Part shown: piece after piece, positions 11,986-24,020 of the stretch
Numbering within the stretch: the stretch's first letter is position 1
How the letters are laid out: every line of letters starts with the position of its first letter
NCBI RefSeq assembly: GCF_963921235.1
Contig: NC_086097.1
Location: 193,876,001 to 193,940,000 of the forward strand
Reading direction: 5' to 3'
DNA length: 64,000 bases
Source of the DNA: Mobula hypostoma
Taxonomy: Eukaryota
Program-made: the position numbers and the translations under genes
The notes under the pieces: model-generated
Seen by the model: only the letters and a program-made list of their open reading frames with translations
Databases searched by the model: none
Told to the model about the DNA's origin: nothing

Positions 11986-12870
11986 TCAATGGTGAGACGG
12001 GATTTTACTGTAAAGGACCAGGTTGTATCCACAACTTTTTGTAGACTTTTCCATTCCTGGCCATTAGTGTTTCATACCTGGCAAAGTTAGAATACTTTAT
12101 ACTGTGCATCAATAGAAGTTTGTCAAATATTTTAGTAACATACTGAATGAATCCATGCAAACTTCTAAGAAATTACAAGTGCTGTTGTGCCTTTTTTGTA
12201 ATGGCACTTGCACAATGGTCCTGGGACAAATCCTCTGATAGAATAATGACAGCGAGTTTCAAGTTACTGAGCCTTTCCACCTCCAATCCCCTAATGTGGA
12301 CTGGTTCATGGACCTCCAATTTCTTTCTCCCGCAGTCAATGTTCTCTTTGGTTTTGCTGACATTGAGTGAGAGGTTGTTGTTGAAGCACCCTATATGCTG
12401 ATTCATCACCATCTTTGATTTGACTAACAACAGTGATGTTGTCAGCAAACTTAAATACAACATTAGAGGTGCTTTTTGTTTGTTGTTCCTCTCCATGTGC
12501 ATCGGGCAGCAAACTTGTTATTTCTTTTAGCATTTGCCTGTTTTTTTTGGTTTTTTTATATATGAGGTTGAGTTGCTAGCTGAATGCTGAACCCAGAATG
12601 GATGGAAAACGTGCAAGAAGCCAACCTGGACCACTCTCCTCTAAATCCAGGGCGGATGCCACTACACCACCGGCTGGAACATACGGAGGTGTACTTAGCT
12701 ATATAACCAGATGTATAAAGCAAGTAGAGTAGGGGGCAAAGCATAGTCTTGTGCACCTGTGCAGATGGACATGTTGCCAATCTGCATAACTGGGATCTGC
12801 AAGTGAGGAGATCGATGATCCAGTTGCACAGGGAGGTATCAAGGACCTTCCAAGTCCTAATGTTAGTTAG
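11986..12870 (-). mobile_element. Degenerate Rex1/Babar RT relic with a short SINE inserted at ~12515-12678
   Basis: The minus frames give FKFADNITVV, LNVSKTKE and KKAQQHL. The insert has a tRNA-like head on the minus strand (ccggtggtgtagtggcatcc). Confidence 0.65.
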
Positions 12871-13101
12871 TTTAATGTTGGTTTAACATTAAAAGTTACT
12901 AGTGCCAAGCAACTTTGTTTAAGAAATTATAGTTGGAATATTCTGTTACATCTATTAATCAGTGAATTTTGGTTTCTTTTTGAGAAATTAATAGTTTGAT
13001 TTTAAAACTTTGCATTATATTATTTGAACTGTAGTTTTGCACTGTAGGGTAGCGTTGCTTCTTCACTTTCAGATTTTTTGTTGATTTTGTTCAGGTACAT
13101 A

Positions 13102-14707
13102 CAGTGGCATGGAAAAGTCTGGGCACCCTGGTCAAAATTTCTGTTACTGTGAATAGCTAAGCTAGTAAAAGATGACCTGATTTCTAAAAGGCGTAAAGTT
13201 AAAGATTACACATTTCTTTAATACTTTAAGCAAGATTACTTTTTATTTCCATCTTTTACAGTTTCAAAATAAAAAAAGAAAAAGGGCCCGAAGCAAAAGT
13301 TTGGGCACCCTGCATGGTCAGTACTTAGTAACACCCCTTTTGGCAAATATCACAGCTTGTAAATGCTTTCTGTAGCCAGCTAAGAGTCTTTCAATTCTTG
13401 TTTGGGGAATTTTCACCCATTCTTCCTTGCAAGAGGCTTCTAGTTCTGTGAGATTCTTGGGCCGTCTTGCATGCACTGCTCTTTTGAGTTCTATCCACAG
13501 ATTTTTGATGATGTTTAAGTCGGGGGACTGTGAGGCCCATGGCAAAACCTTTACCTTGCACCTCTTGAGGTAGTACATTGTGGATTTTGAGGTGTTTAGG
13601 ATCATTATCCTGTTGTAGAAGCCATCCTCTTCTCATCTTCGGCTTTTTTACAGACGGTGTGATGTTTGCTTCCAGAATTTGCTGGTATTTAATTGAATTC
13701 ATTCTTCCCTCTTCCAGTGGAATGTTCCCCGTGCCACTGGCTGCAACGCAAGCCCAAAGCATGATTGATCCAACCCCATGCTGAACAGTTGGAGAGTTGT
13801 ACTTTTCATGAAGTTCTGCACCCTTTTTTCTCCAAACATACCTTTGCTCATTGCGGCCAGAAAGTTCTATTTTAACTTCATCAGTCCACAGGACTTGTTT
13901 CCAAAATGCATTAGGCATGTTTAGATGTTCCTTTGCAAACTTCTGACGCTGAATTTTGTGGTGAGAACGCAGGAAAGTTTTTATTCTGATGACTCTTACA
14001 TGAAGGTCATATTTGTGCAGGTGTTGCTGCACAGTAAAACAGTGCACCACCACTCCAGAGTCTGCTAAATCTTCCTGAAGCTCTTTTGCAGTCAAATAGG
14101 TGTTTTGATTTGCCTTTCTAGTAATCCTACGAGCATTTCTCTCTGAAAGTTTTCTTGGTCTTCCAGACCTCAACTTGACCACCACCATTCCTATTAACTG
14201 CTATTTCTTAATTATGTTACAAACTGAGGAAACGGCTACTTGAAAACACTTACCTTCTTATAGCCTTCTCCTGCTTTGTGGGCGTCATTTAATTTTCAGA
14301 GTGCTAGGCAGCTACTTAGAGGAGCCCGTGGCTGCTGATTGTTGGGACAAGGTTTGAGGAGTCAGGGTATTTATAAAGCTTTGAAATTTGCATCACCTGG
14401 CCTTTTCTAATGATAATTGTGAACAAGCCATAGCCCTAACAAGGTAATTAAGGTCTGAGACCTTGGTAAAAGTTATCTGAGAGCTCAAATCTCTTGGCGT
14501 GCCCAAACTTTTGCATGGTTCTCCTTTCCTTTTTTTTTCCACTCTAAAATTGTACAAAACAAAAATAATACACTAATCTTGCTTAAAATGTTCAGAAGAA
14601 TGTCTCATCTTTAACTTTATGACTTTTGGAGATCAGTTCATCTTCTACTCAACTATTCACAGTAACAGAAATTTTGACCGGGGTGCCCAAACTTTTGCAT
14701 GCCACTG
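13102..14707 (-). mobile_element. Full-length Tc1-family DNA transposon of IR/DR type (1606 bp, TA TSD)
   Basis: TA|CAGTGGCATG...CATGCCACTG|TA. Long TIRs of ~200 bp with inner repeats of the terminal motif at ~13292-13311 and ~14499-14517. Confidence 0.95.
13318..14329 (-). pseudogene. Tc1 transposase pseudogene (DD34E type)
   Basis: GRPRK, WTDE, QQDNDPKH and SPDLNIIKNLW (catalytic E apparently changed to K). The start codon reads ACG, with early stops and a frameshift near 13590. A TATA-like TATAAATA lies at 14368-14375 on the minus strand. Confidence 0.9.
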
Positions 14708-14987
14708 TATACCATTCAAACTAGTTAATCAGTATAATCTAGCAGTGGTCTAAGTGAGCTGTGCTATAATTTGTACATCCTAATTCTCACAGCATGTGTA
14801 CTTGCTGAAATGGGCAAATTGAGTTTTCATAAATGTGCACAATTCTGTGTAATGTGCATATCTTTCACATTGTTTATTGGTGTGGTCAGGGTTTTGCATT
14901 GCAATGGGAATAGGCCATGTGCACAAAATTAATAAGTTCAGTTGAATGTGTATTTTTACCTTTGTGTTTTCCTTTCAGTCACAAACC

Positions 14988-15167
14988 ATGAACTATGTTG
15001 GACAGTTGCTGGTAACAGTCAAGGAATTGTACAAGGGGTTGAATCCTGCAACACTCTCTGGGTGCATCGATGTCATCGTGGTTAAGCAGCAGGATGGCAC
15101 GTACCAGTGTTCACCATTTCACGTTCGTTTTGGAAAGCTTGGGGTACTTCGGTCAAAAGAAAATGTG
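14988..15167 (+). CDS. LPIN2: Lipin (phosphatidate phosphatase) first coding exon, N-LIP domain, LPIN2-like; exon 14979-15167
   Basis: [60 protein letters not shown]. Acceptor ttttcctttcAG ends at 14978, Kozak-like accATG, phase-0 donor GTG|GTAGGT. The lipin family call is secure. The LPIN2 assignment ([25 protein letters not shown]) is less certain. Confidence 0.92.
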
Positions 15168-15893
15168 GTAGGTTCCCAATTTTTATTGTTAATAAATGTT
15201 ATGTTGAAGGGAATGAATAAACAAACTTTCACTTGTCAAACTCTTTATCAGCTTATTATAAGAGATATGTGAGGGAAAATAAGCTGCAGGAAATGTGTCG
15301 GGAAAAGAGACTGATAGGGACTGCTCTGAAAGTCAGCAACTGTTTGGTAGCTGAATTGGCTTCTTTCAGTATTTATAAGAAAATGTAATTCAGATTTGTT
15401 TCTCACATGTACATCAAAACTGAAATGTGTTTGTGTTAACAACCAACACACCAAGTATGCTATGGGGCCTTCCCATAAGTGTCGCCATGCATTCTGGCAC
15501 CAACTTAGCATGCCTAACATGCTAAACAGAACAATACAACACAACATAACAAGTGACAAAGTAACATAGCAAGACAAGCCTCATTCATTCCTTCCTTCCT
15601 CCCTCCTTCCCACATATGCACATACAGTCTTCTAACCCCAGGACAGGTTTCCTTTGGCTGTCAGCCTACAGTGGACGCATGGATTCACAGATATTATGAC
15701 ATTGACTTCTCCAGAGATTCTCAGACACAGCTCCGGCCATCAGGCCTCGACTGCTGGACTTCCGATTGACCCTTTAAGATTCCATCTTCGGTATCAACCC
15801 AGGACTTGCTGATGACGACAAATGAGATACTTGCTTGAGGACTCAAACTCCAGGCTTCGAACTCTGAACTCATCAGTAATGGGACCCTGAATA

Positions 15894-17496
15894 CAGATTT
15901 CCCCCGCCATCCGAAGGTAGCGCGTTCCTGTGAAACAGTTCGTAAGCCGGAATGTCGTAAAGCGAAGAAGCAATTACCATTTATATAGGAAAAATTTGTG
16001 AGCATTCGCAGACCCAAAGATAACCTACCAAATCATACCAAATAACACACAAAACCTAAAATTACAGTAACATATAGTAAAAGCAGGAATGATATGATAA
16101 ATACACAGCCTATATAAAGTAGAAATACTTCCCTACAATCATTGCCTGCACTGTTCTCCGTAGCGAAAATCTCACACAAGCGCTCTTGGCAAAAACACTC
16201 TCTCCGGTAAACTTTAAGCTATGAAGCTGCCGAATCATACCAAATAATGCATGAAAATACACAGCCTATATAAAGTAGAAATAATGTATGTACAGTGTAG
16301 TATCACTTACCAGAATTGGGAAGACAGCGCAGAGCACACTGATGATGGTGTGTTAGGCTGAGTTGTCGGAGGTTGGAGTAGTGCAGTGGCCCCCACCCTC
16401 CAGGCTGCCGACCGATACCAATCTGTAAAGCATGCAGTAGTGCAGCGGTGGCCGGGACACACCCAGCACATCTTTAAGAAAAAGCCGAAATAAACAAGCT
16501 AATTAATTAGGTGCCGCCTGGCACGTAAACATTGGCCCAGATCAGAGGTGATGCGATCGGCAATCGCCTCTGATCTGGGCCGACATTTACGTGCAGGGCG
16601 GCACCTAATTAATTAGCTTGTTTATTTCAGCTTTTTTTCTTAAAGATATGCTGGGTGCCTCCCGGCTACCAGTGCACTCCCCGCAAATCAGTATCTGTCC
16701 ACGGACGGGGGGTTGGGATGGTGGGACACTGAGGTGTCATCTCATCATCGTCTGTTTCCATCAGGGCAGGCAGGTCATCTTCTATGTCTGCCTGCCTCGA
16801 TGTCGAAGGTCGAGGTTCGTTGTCTGCTGTGGCTGATGTGGAAGGCTTGAAAAATGACAGTATGCTTGACTGCTAGCCTCGTGCATTTTTCTATCATACA
16901 ATTCTTTGTAAGCACTCAAGCCATCTTGCAAATATGCCCTAAACCGACGTACCCTTTCAAAATTAAAGTAGTTCTTTATCATTGCAGCGAAAATCTCACA
17001 CAGTTGCTTCACGTTCAGTTCCTGGACGACTTCATTTTCGGGCCGTTCGCTACTGCATTCGGTTTCGATTGTTATCTTTTCCTCTTCCAATTACATCAGC
17101 TCTTCATCAATCAGTTCTTAGCCATGGGATGCCAAAACCTCTTCAACATCATCTTCTTCAGCTTCGACAAGCCAAACTCATTTTGTCCTTGCTTCGTTCA
17201 TCACGATCGAAACGTTTAATTATGTCTAGTTTTACACTAAGTATAATACCCTTACGAGCTCTTTTAGGCTTTTCCGATACCTTAGAACTCATCTTGCTAA
17301 CGGCTGTTCACAGGCACGTGTTTAAGCAATGCCGGCTAGAATGCAGTTCCGGGGGAGAAGCAGCTGCTTTTTTCGCGCGCTGCCTTTTTTCGTAACAGTG
17401 AAAACACCTTCTGTTAGCGAAAATAGGTAACTAATGTAAGTCTTTTGTAAGAGTGAGGTTTTGTAAAGTGAACATTCGGAAAGCGGGGGACACCTA
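15894..17496 (-). mobile_element. Non-autonomous Tigger/pogo-like DNA transposon with an internal deletion
   Basis: TA-flanked imperfect TIRs (cagatttcccccgc / gcgggggacaccta). The minus strand encodes a CENP-B-like N-terminus (KRARKGIILSVKLDIIKRFD) joined to an acidic Tigger C-terminus (EELMQLEEE, YKELY, KQSSILSFFK). No DDE core is visible. Confidence 0.8.
16447..16670. repeat. ~220-bp near-perfect inverted repeat
   Basis: aaacaagctaattaattaggtgccgcc..gcacgtaaa..ggcccagatcagagg / cctctgatctgggcc..tttacgtgc..ggcggcacctaattaattagcttgttt, with a ~10-nt loop near 16553-16562. Confidence 0.95.
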
Positions 17497-17979
17497 TATT
17501 TTCGCTGCTCTGTTGGCCTGATGTCCAGCCACGTAATGTTGCTGGACTTTGAACATGGAGCAGAGGTTTAGACTCCTGCCTGTGCTCTAATTCCCCACAT
17601 TGCTGTCCCTAAATCCTAATCTGACCCCCTAACTCCTCTCTCTGTCCCCAAAACCATCTCTGATTCTTTAAAATAAAAAAAAAACCTAAAATCAACTAAG
17701 TCTGAACCACAATTTCAATGGGGACCACAGCTTGGCGCCATCTTTACTCAGTTTTGTTACATGGAGTTAATTCGATTATAAAATCATAAACCCTTCTGTG
17801 GTGGGCAATGTACTAATTTTTGACTGTATTCTCTTCATATATTCATGTATTCGTGAAGCCAAAAGTTTTTAATGTTTTCTGGGATGAAAACTAAGAGTTG
17901 GGACATCACGGAATTTGACCCTTGGTTCTTCTGTTCTTGAAATGACTCAAGGAAAATGATAAAATGCCTTTTCCAAAGT

Positions 17980-18420
17980 TCAAGGCATATCACCATATGC
18001 AACCCTGAGAATCATTTTCTTGTCAGCATACTCAATAAATCTATAGAAGAGTAACTAAAACAGAATTAGTGGAAGACTGCTCAACTTGGGTGTTCAACCG
18101 GAGTGCGGAAGATGACAAAATGCAAATAGAAAAAGAAATTATAATAAATAATTAAATAAGTAATGAATATCGAACATGAGATGAGTCTTTGGAAATGGGA
18201 ATGTTAGTTGTGGGAAGATTTCAATGTTGGGGCAAAGAAGTTGAGAGAAATTATCTCCTTTGTTTCAGCAGCCTGATGGTTGAGGGGTGGTAACTGTTCC
18301 TGAACCTGGTGGTGTGAATCCCAGGAGTCCTGCTCTAGCTTCTTGATGGCAGCAGGGAGAAGACAACATGTCCTAGATGGTGGGAGTTGTTAATAATGGA
18401 TGCTGCTTTTCTGCAATTGT
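17980..18420 (-). mobile_element. Rex1/Babar-like 3' relic, continued at 21783-22010 beyond the CR1 insertion
   Basis: Joined across the CR1 (gatgctgcttttct...|ttcatgtagatg), it is colinear with the uninterrupted copy at 24510-25100. Confidence 0.65.
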
Positions 18421-18424
18421 GTGG

Positions 18425-21400
18425 TAGCTTATATCTCAGGCTAAGGTCCAGGATGCTTCTGGTCGCTTTCACGATATCCTGAAGTAGGAAGGTGAACATC
18501 CTGAGGTCGTGGTACATATTGGTACCAATGACATAGATTGGAAAAGGGAGGAGGTCATGAAAATAGACTACAGGGAGTTAGGAAAGAAGCTGAGAAGCAG
18601 AATTTTAAAGGTAGTAATCTCGGGATTACTGCCTGTGCGATGCGACAGTGAGTATAGGAACAGAGTAAGGTGGAGGATAAATGCATGGCTAAGGGATTGG
18701 GGCAGGGATTCAGATGTCTGGATTATTGGGACCTCTTTGGAGGCAGGCGTGACCTGTACAAAAAGAATGGGTTGCACTTGAATCTGAGGGGAGGGTTGCT
18801 AAGGCTATTGGGGAGAGTGTAAACTAAAATTGCTGGGGGGTGGGAACTGAACTAAAAAGATGGAGGAAGTGGTGGTTGGCTCACAAAGGGAGAAAGCTTG
18901 CAGGCAGAGTGAGGGAGGATAGGTAGGTGATAGACAAGGGATGCATTCAGACTGATGGTTTGAGATGTGTCTATTTTAATACAAGAAGCATCATGAACAA
19001 AGCAGATGAGCTTAGAGCATGGATCATGAACAAAGCGGATGAGATTGGAGCTGTGATGCTGTGGCCATTACAGAGATTTGGATGGCCCAGGGACAGGAAT
19101 GGCTACTAAGAGTGCCAGGCTTTAGATGTTTCAGAAAAGACAGGGAGGGAGGCATGGCACTGCTGATCAAAGATAGTGTCATGGCTGCAGAAAGTGAGGA
19201 AGTCATGGAGGGATTGTCTACTGAGTCTCTGTGGTTGGAAGTTAGAAATGGGAAGGGGTCAATACCTCTATTGGGTGTTTTTTTTTATATAGACCACCCA
19301 ATAGTAACAGGGACATTGAGGAGCAGATAGGGGAACAGATTCTGGAACAGTGCAATAATAACGGGGTAGGCATGATGAGAGATCTTAATTTCCCCAATAT
19401 TGATTGGCATCTCCCTAGAGCAAGGGGTTTAGATGGGATGGAGTTTGTTAGGTGTGTTCAGGAAGGTTTCTTGTCACAGTATTTAGATAAGCTTACAAAA
19501 AGAGAGGCTGCACTTGATCTGGTATTGGGAAATGAACCTGGTCAGGTGTCGGGTCTCTCAGTGGGAGAGCATTTTGGAGATAGTGATCACAATTCTATCT
19601 TCTTTACCATACCATTGGAGGGGGGATAGGAACAGACAAGTTAAGAAAGTGTTTAATTGGAGTAAGAGGAAATATGAAGTTATCAGGCAGGAACTTGGAA
19701 ACATAAATTGGGATCAGATGTTCTCAGGGAAATGTACAGCAGAAATGTAGCAAATGTTCAAGGGATATTTGCGTGGCGTTCTGCAAGAGTACGTTCCAAT
19801 GAGACAGGGAAATGATGGTAGGGTGCAGGAAACGTGTGCAAAGGCAGTTGAAAATCTAGTCAAGAAGAGGAGAAAAGCTTATGAAAGGTTCAAAGAAACT
19901 AGGTAATGTTAGAGATCTAGATGATTATAAGGCTAGCAGGAAGGAGCTTAAGAATGAAATTAGCAAAGCCAGAAGGGGCCGTGAGAAGGCCTTGGCGAGC
20001 AGGATTAAGGAAAACCCAGAGGCATTCTACAAGTAAGTGAAGAGCAAGAGGATAAGATGTGAGAGAATAGAAACAATCAAGTGTGACAGTGGAAAAGTGT
20101 GTATAGAACCGGAGGAGACAGCAGAGGTAGTTACTGAATACTTAGCTTCAGTATTCACTATGGAAAAGGGCCTTGGTGATTGTAGGGATGACTTACAGCA
20201 GACTGAAATGCTTGAGCATGTAGATATTAAGAAAAAGAATGTTCTGGAGCTCTTGGAAAGCACCAAGTTGGATAAGTCACCGGGACTGGACGGGATGTAC
20301 CCCAGGCTACTGTGGGAAGCGAGGGTGGAGATTGCTGAGCCTCTGGCATCATTAATGGGGATGGGAGAGATTCCGGAGGATTGGAGGGTTGCAGATGTTG
20401 TCCGCTTATTCAAAAAAAGGAGTAGAGATAGCCCAGGAAATTATAGACCAGTGAGTCTTACTTCAGTGGTTGGTAAGTTGATGGAGAAGATCCTGAGAGG
20501 TGGTATTTATAAGCATTTGGAGAGGCATAATATGATTAGGATTCATCAGCATTGCTTTGTCAAAGGCAGGTCGTGCCTTACGAGCCTGATTGAATTTTTT
20601 TTGAGGATGTGACTAAACACATTGATGAAGGTAGAGCAGTAGATGTAGTGTATAAGGATTTCAGCAAAGCATTTGATAAGGTACATGCAAGGCTTATCGA
20701 GAAAGTAAGGAGGCATGGGATCCAAGGGGACATTGCTTTGTGGATTCAGAACTGGCTTGTACACAGAAAGCAAAGTGTGGTTGTAGATGGGTCATATTCT
20801 GCATGGAGGCTGTTGTTATGCAGGGATCTGTTCTGGGACCCCTACTCTTTGTGATTTTTTATAAATTACCTGGATGAGGAAGTGGAGGGATGGGTTAGTA
20901 AGTTTCCTGATGACACAAATGTTGGGGGTGTTGTGGATAGTGTGGAGGTCTGTCAGAGGTTACAGTGAGGAATTGATAGGATGCAAAATTGGGCTGAGAA
21001 GTGGCAGATGGAGTTCAACCCAGGTAAGTGTGAGGTTCATTTTGGTAGGTCAAATATGATGGCAAAATATAGTATTAGTGGTAAGATTCTTGGCAATGTG
21101 GTGGATCAGAGGGATCTTGTGGTCCGAGTCGATAGGACACTCAAAGCTGCTGCGCAGGTTGACTCTGCGGTTGAGAAGGCATATGGAGTATTAGCCTTCA
21201 TCAACCATGGGACTGAGAGGTAATGTTACAGTTCTATTGGACCCTGGTCAGACCCCACTTGGAGTACTGTGCTCAGTTCTTGTCACCCCACTACAGGAAA
21301 GACATGGAAACTATAGAAAGTGTGCGGAGGAGATTTACAAGGATATTGCCTGGATTGGGGATCATGCCTTATGAGAATAGCTTGAGTGAACTTGGCCTTA

Positions 21401-21782
21401 TCCTCAGTCGCTCCAAGGAGCAGAGAGCTGATTTGATAGAGGTGTATCAGATGATGAGAGGCATTGTTTGGATAGTCAGAGGCTTTTTCCCCAGGGCTGA
21501 AATGGCTAACACAAGAGGGCACAGTTTTAAGGTGCTTGGAAGTAGATACAGAGGAGATGTCAGGAGTAAATTTTTTTTTAACGCAGAGAGCAGTGAGTGC
21601 CTGGAATGGGCTACCAGCAATGGTGGTGGAGGTGGATACAATAGGGTCTTTTAAGAGACTCCTGGATAGGTACATGGAGCTTAGGATAACCCTAGGTAAT
21701 TTCTAAAGTAAGTACATGTTCGGCAGAGCATTGTGGGCTGAAGGGCCTGTGTTGTGCTGTAGGTTTTCTGTGTTTCTATGTC
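18425..21782 (+). mobile_element. CR1 LINE, 5'-truncated and disrupted (ORF1 esterase C-terminus plus ORF2 APE-RT)
   Basis: VHIGTNDI (SGNH esterase); YFNTRSI, AITEIW, DLNFPNIDW, GDSDH (APE); KSPGLDG, NYRPVSLTS, DFSKAFDKV, FNPGKC, RPHLEYC (RT); tttctatg tail. Confidence 0.93.
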
Positions 21783-23589
21783 TTTCATGTAGATGTGGTC
21801 AATGGTGGGGAGGGATTTACCCATGATGGACTGGGCTGTATCCACTACTGTTAGTAGGATTTTCTGTTCAAGGCATTGCTGTTTCCATACCAGGCTGTAA
21901 TGAAGCCAGTCAATACACTCTCCAGTACATATCTATCGAAGTTTTCAAAGTTGTAAATGTCATGCTGAATCTCCACAGACCCCTAAGGATGTAGAAGTGC
22001 TGCTATGCCCCCTTCATTGTTAGACGAAAAGCAACTGTCTACATTTCTTACCAAGTCCTCTTTGGGTTTTGTATTCAACCAAACACATCAGATTTTATTG
22101 ATGGGTGATTAATTCTGGGCATGGCAGCAGAAAAAAAAATGCAGACAGCAAAGTATTCAGTGGTCCATTTCTTCAGCTGGATCCTGGTGAATGGCCTGAA
22201 CATTAAATGCTACTCTGAAGTGAAAATAAATAAACCATGTAAATGATTCATTTTGACTTCTATGGGTCTCTTGACTTTTAGTAGACAAATATTAGAGTTG
22301 TTCAGCGTATAATGGACCCTCTGCTCACCAAATCAATTTTGACCTTATTGCCCATCTTTCAAGTACGATTTATTTATCATTACTATTATTTGTTATCTTT
22401 GTATCTGTAGAGTTTGTCTTTTGCACTTTGATTGCTTGTCAGTCTTTGTGTGCAGTTTTTCATTGATTATATTGAATTTCTTTGTTGAGCTGTGAATCCC
22501 TGCAATAAATCTTGATAGTATTTGGTGACATATACGTACTTCGATAATAAATTTACTTTGAATTTTGATCGCAGTAATCCTGTTAGCCCACATTGTCTGC
22601 AGCCTTCAATATCTTGTCTATTGAACTGCTGTTTTTTTTTAAACATGGTGATTCTATCCGATTTCACCACTTCCTCTGGTAACACATTTTAGATATCAGC
22701 CACTGGTTTTTTCTAAAGAAACTGTTCCCCTCAAATCCTCTGTGAAACTTCTTCCTCTCAAGTTAAACCTATGCAATTTTGTTTTTGAAGTAGGAAAGGC
22801 AAATTGGAACAAGTTGTAAAATATTTGAAACATTTCTTTCTAGAGCATAGGTCATCAAAGAATTTAGTTGCTAGTTGTTCTTTAGTGTATTTAACAAGAT
22901 ATTAATATGTATATCCAGTAAGGTCTCTTTCTACAGAAAGAAATTTTGAGATGAAGTGTTATCTGAGCAGTGGCATAGACAACCACATTGGGAATATTAA
23001 GACATACAAATCTTCATAGCCTAAAAGGCCATTCAAAATCTATAACAGCACATTATGTATATTTATCAAGTAAGACGTGCTTCATTTAATTTGTTTGCTA
23101 AGATGATTTACTGATTTTTCAGATTTTTTTGTCCTTCTCATTTGTTTGCAAAAGAATGTAGTTGTTGGTATTCAATGAATACACATCAACTGTTCAGATG
23201 TTTGGCACAGTTAAAGTTTGCACAATCGAACTATTAATTGGTCCAAAATAATGCCAAAGACTAAATCAATTTTCTATCATACCGCTCACAAGTATGACCA
23301 TCTCTCAGTAGCTAATGTTATCGAACACTAATGTAACAAAGGCTTGGTAATTCATTTTGGTTCAATTGACATTTTTCTTTGAAGCTTATCAAACTGTTCA
23401 TGTGGAGCTCATTTGTTTTCTGTTGACAGTAGTAGCTGCCAGACTCTTCTCTCCAATGTTTTCTTCTCAATGGGCATTTTAAATGGATGTTTATAAGCAA
23501 TTTAATTTTCTGTGTGATACTCTCTTCACCATTAAATGCTCTTGAAGGTGTTGCTGCACAGTTCTTTTCACTCGAGAATATGGAAAATA

Positions 23590-24020
23590 CAGTATAATGT
23601 TAGGTTTTGAAATGTGTTTGATGGCTCTGGGCCTCTGTATTCACTGGAATTCAGAAGTATGAGGGGTGTCCTAATGGAAACTGTATGTTGAAACATCTTG
23701 ACAGAGAGGATGTTTCCTTTGGTGGGAGAGTCAAAGACCAGAGGATGCAGCCTCAATAGAGGGGTGTCCTTTTAGAACGGAGATGAGGAGGAATTTCTTT
23801 AGCCAGACAGTGGAATTCTTTGCCACAGATAGCTATGGAGTCCAAGTCTTTATATATATTTAAGGTAGAGGTTGATTGATCCCGGATTAGTCAGGGCATG
23901 AAGGAATACGGGGAGAAGGCAGCAGATTGGGGCTGAGAGGAAAATTGGATCACCCATAATGAAATCGCAGAGCAGACTCGATGGAACAAATGGCCTAATT
24001 CTGCTCTGATATCTTATGGT
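23590..24020 (+). mobile_element. CR1 3' fragment from a different subfamily
   Basis: gatgaggaggaatttctttagccaga...gcagagcagactcgatgg...aatggcctaattctgct...tcttatggt. Confidence 0.75.

Noticed and set aside
13065..13101. Possible recursive splice site (ttttgttCAG|GTACAT)
   Set aside because: The donor match is weak and there is no supporting evidence.
14946..15272. 108-aa ORF as a complete gene
   Set aside because: Lipin similarity is limited to 14979-15167 and bounded by splice sites; the rest is intronic read-through.
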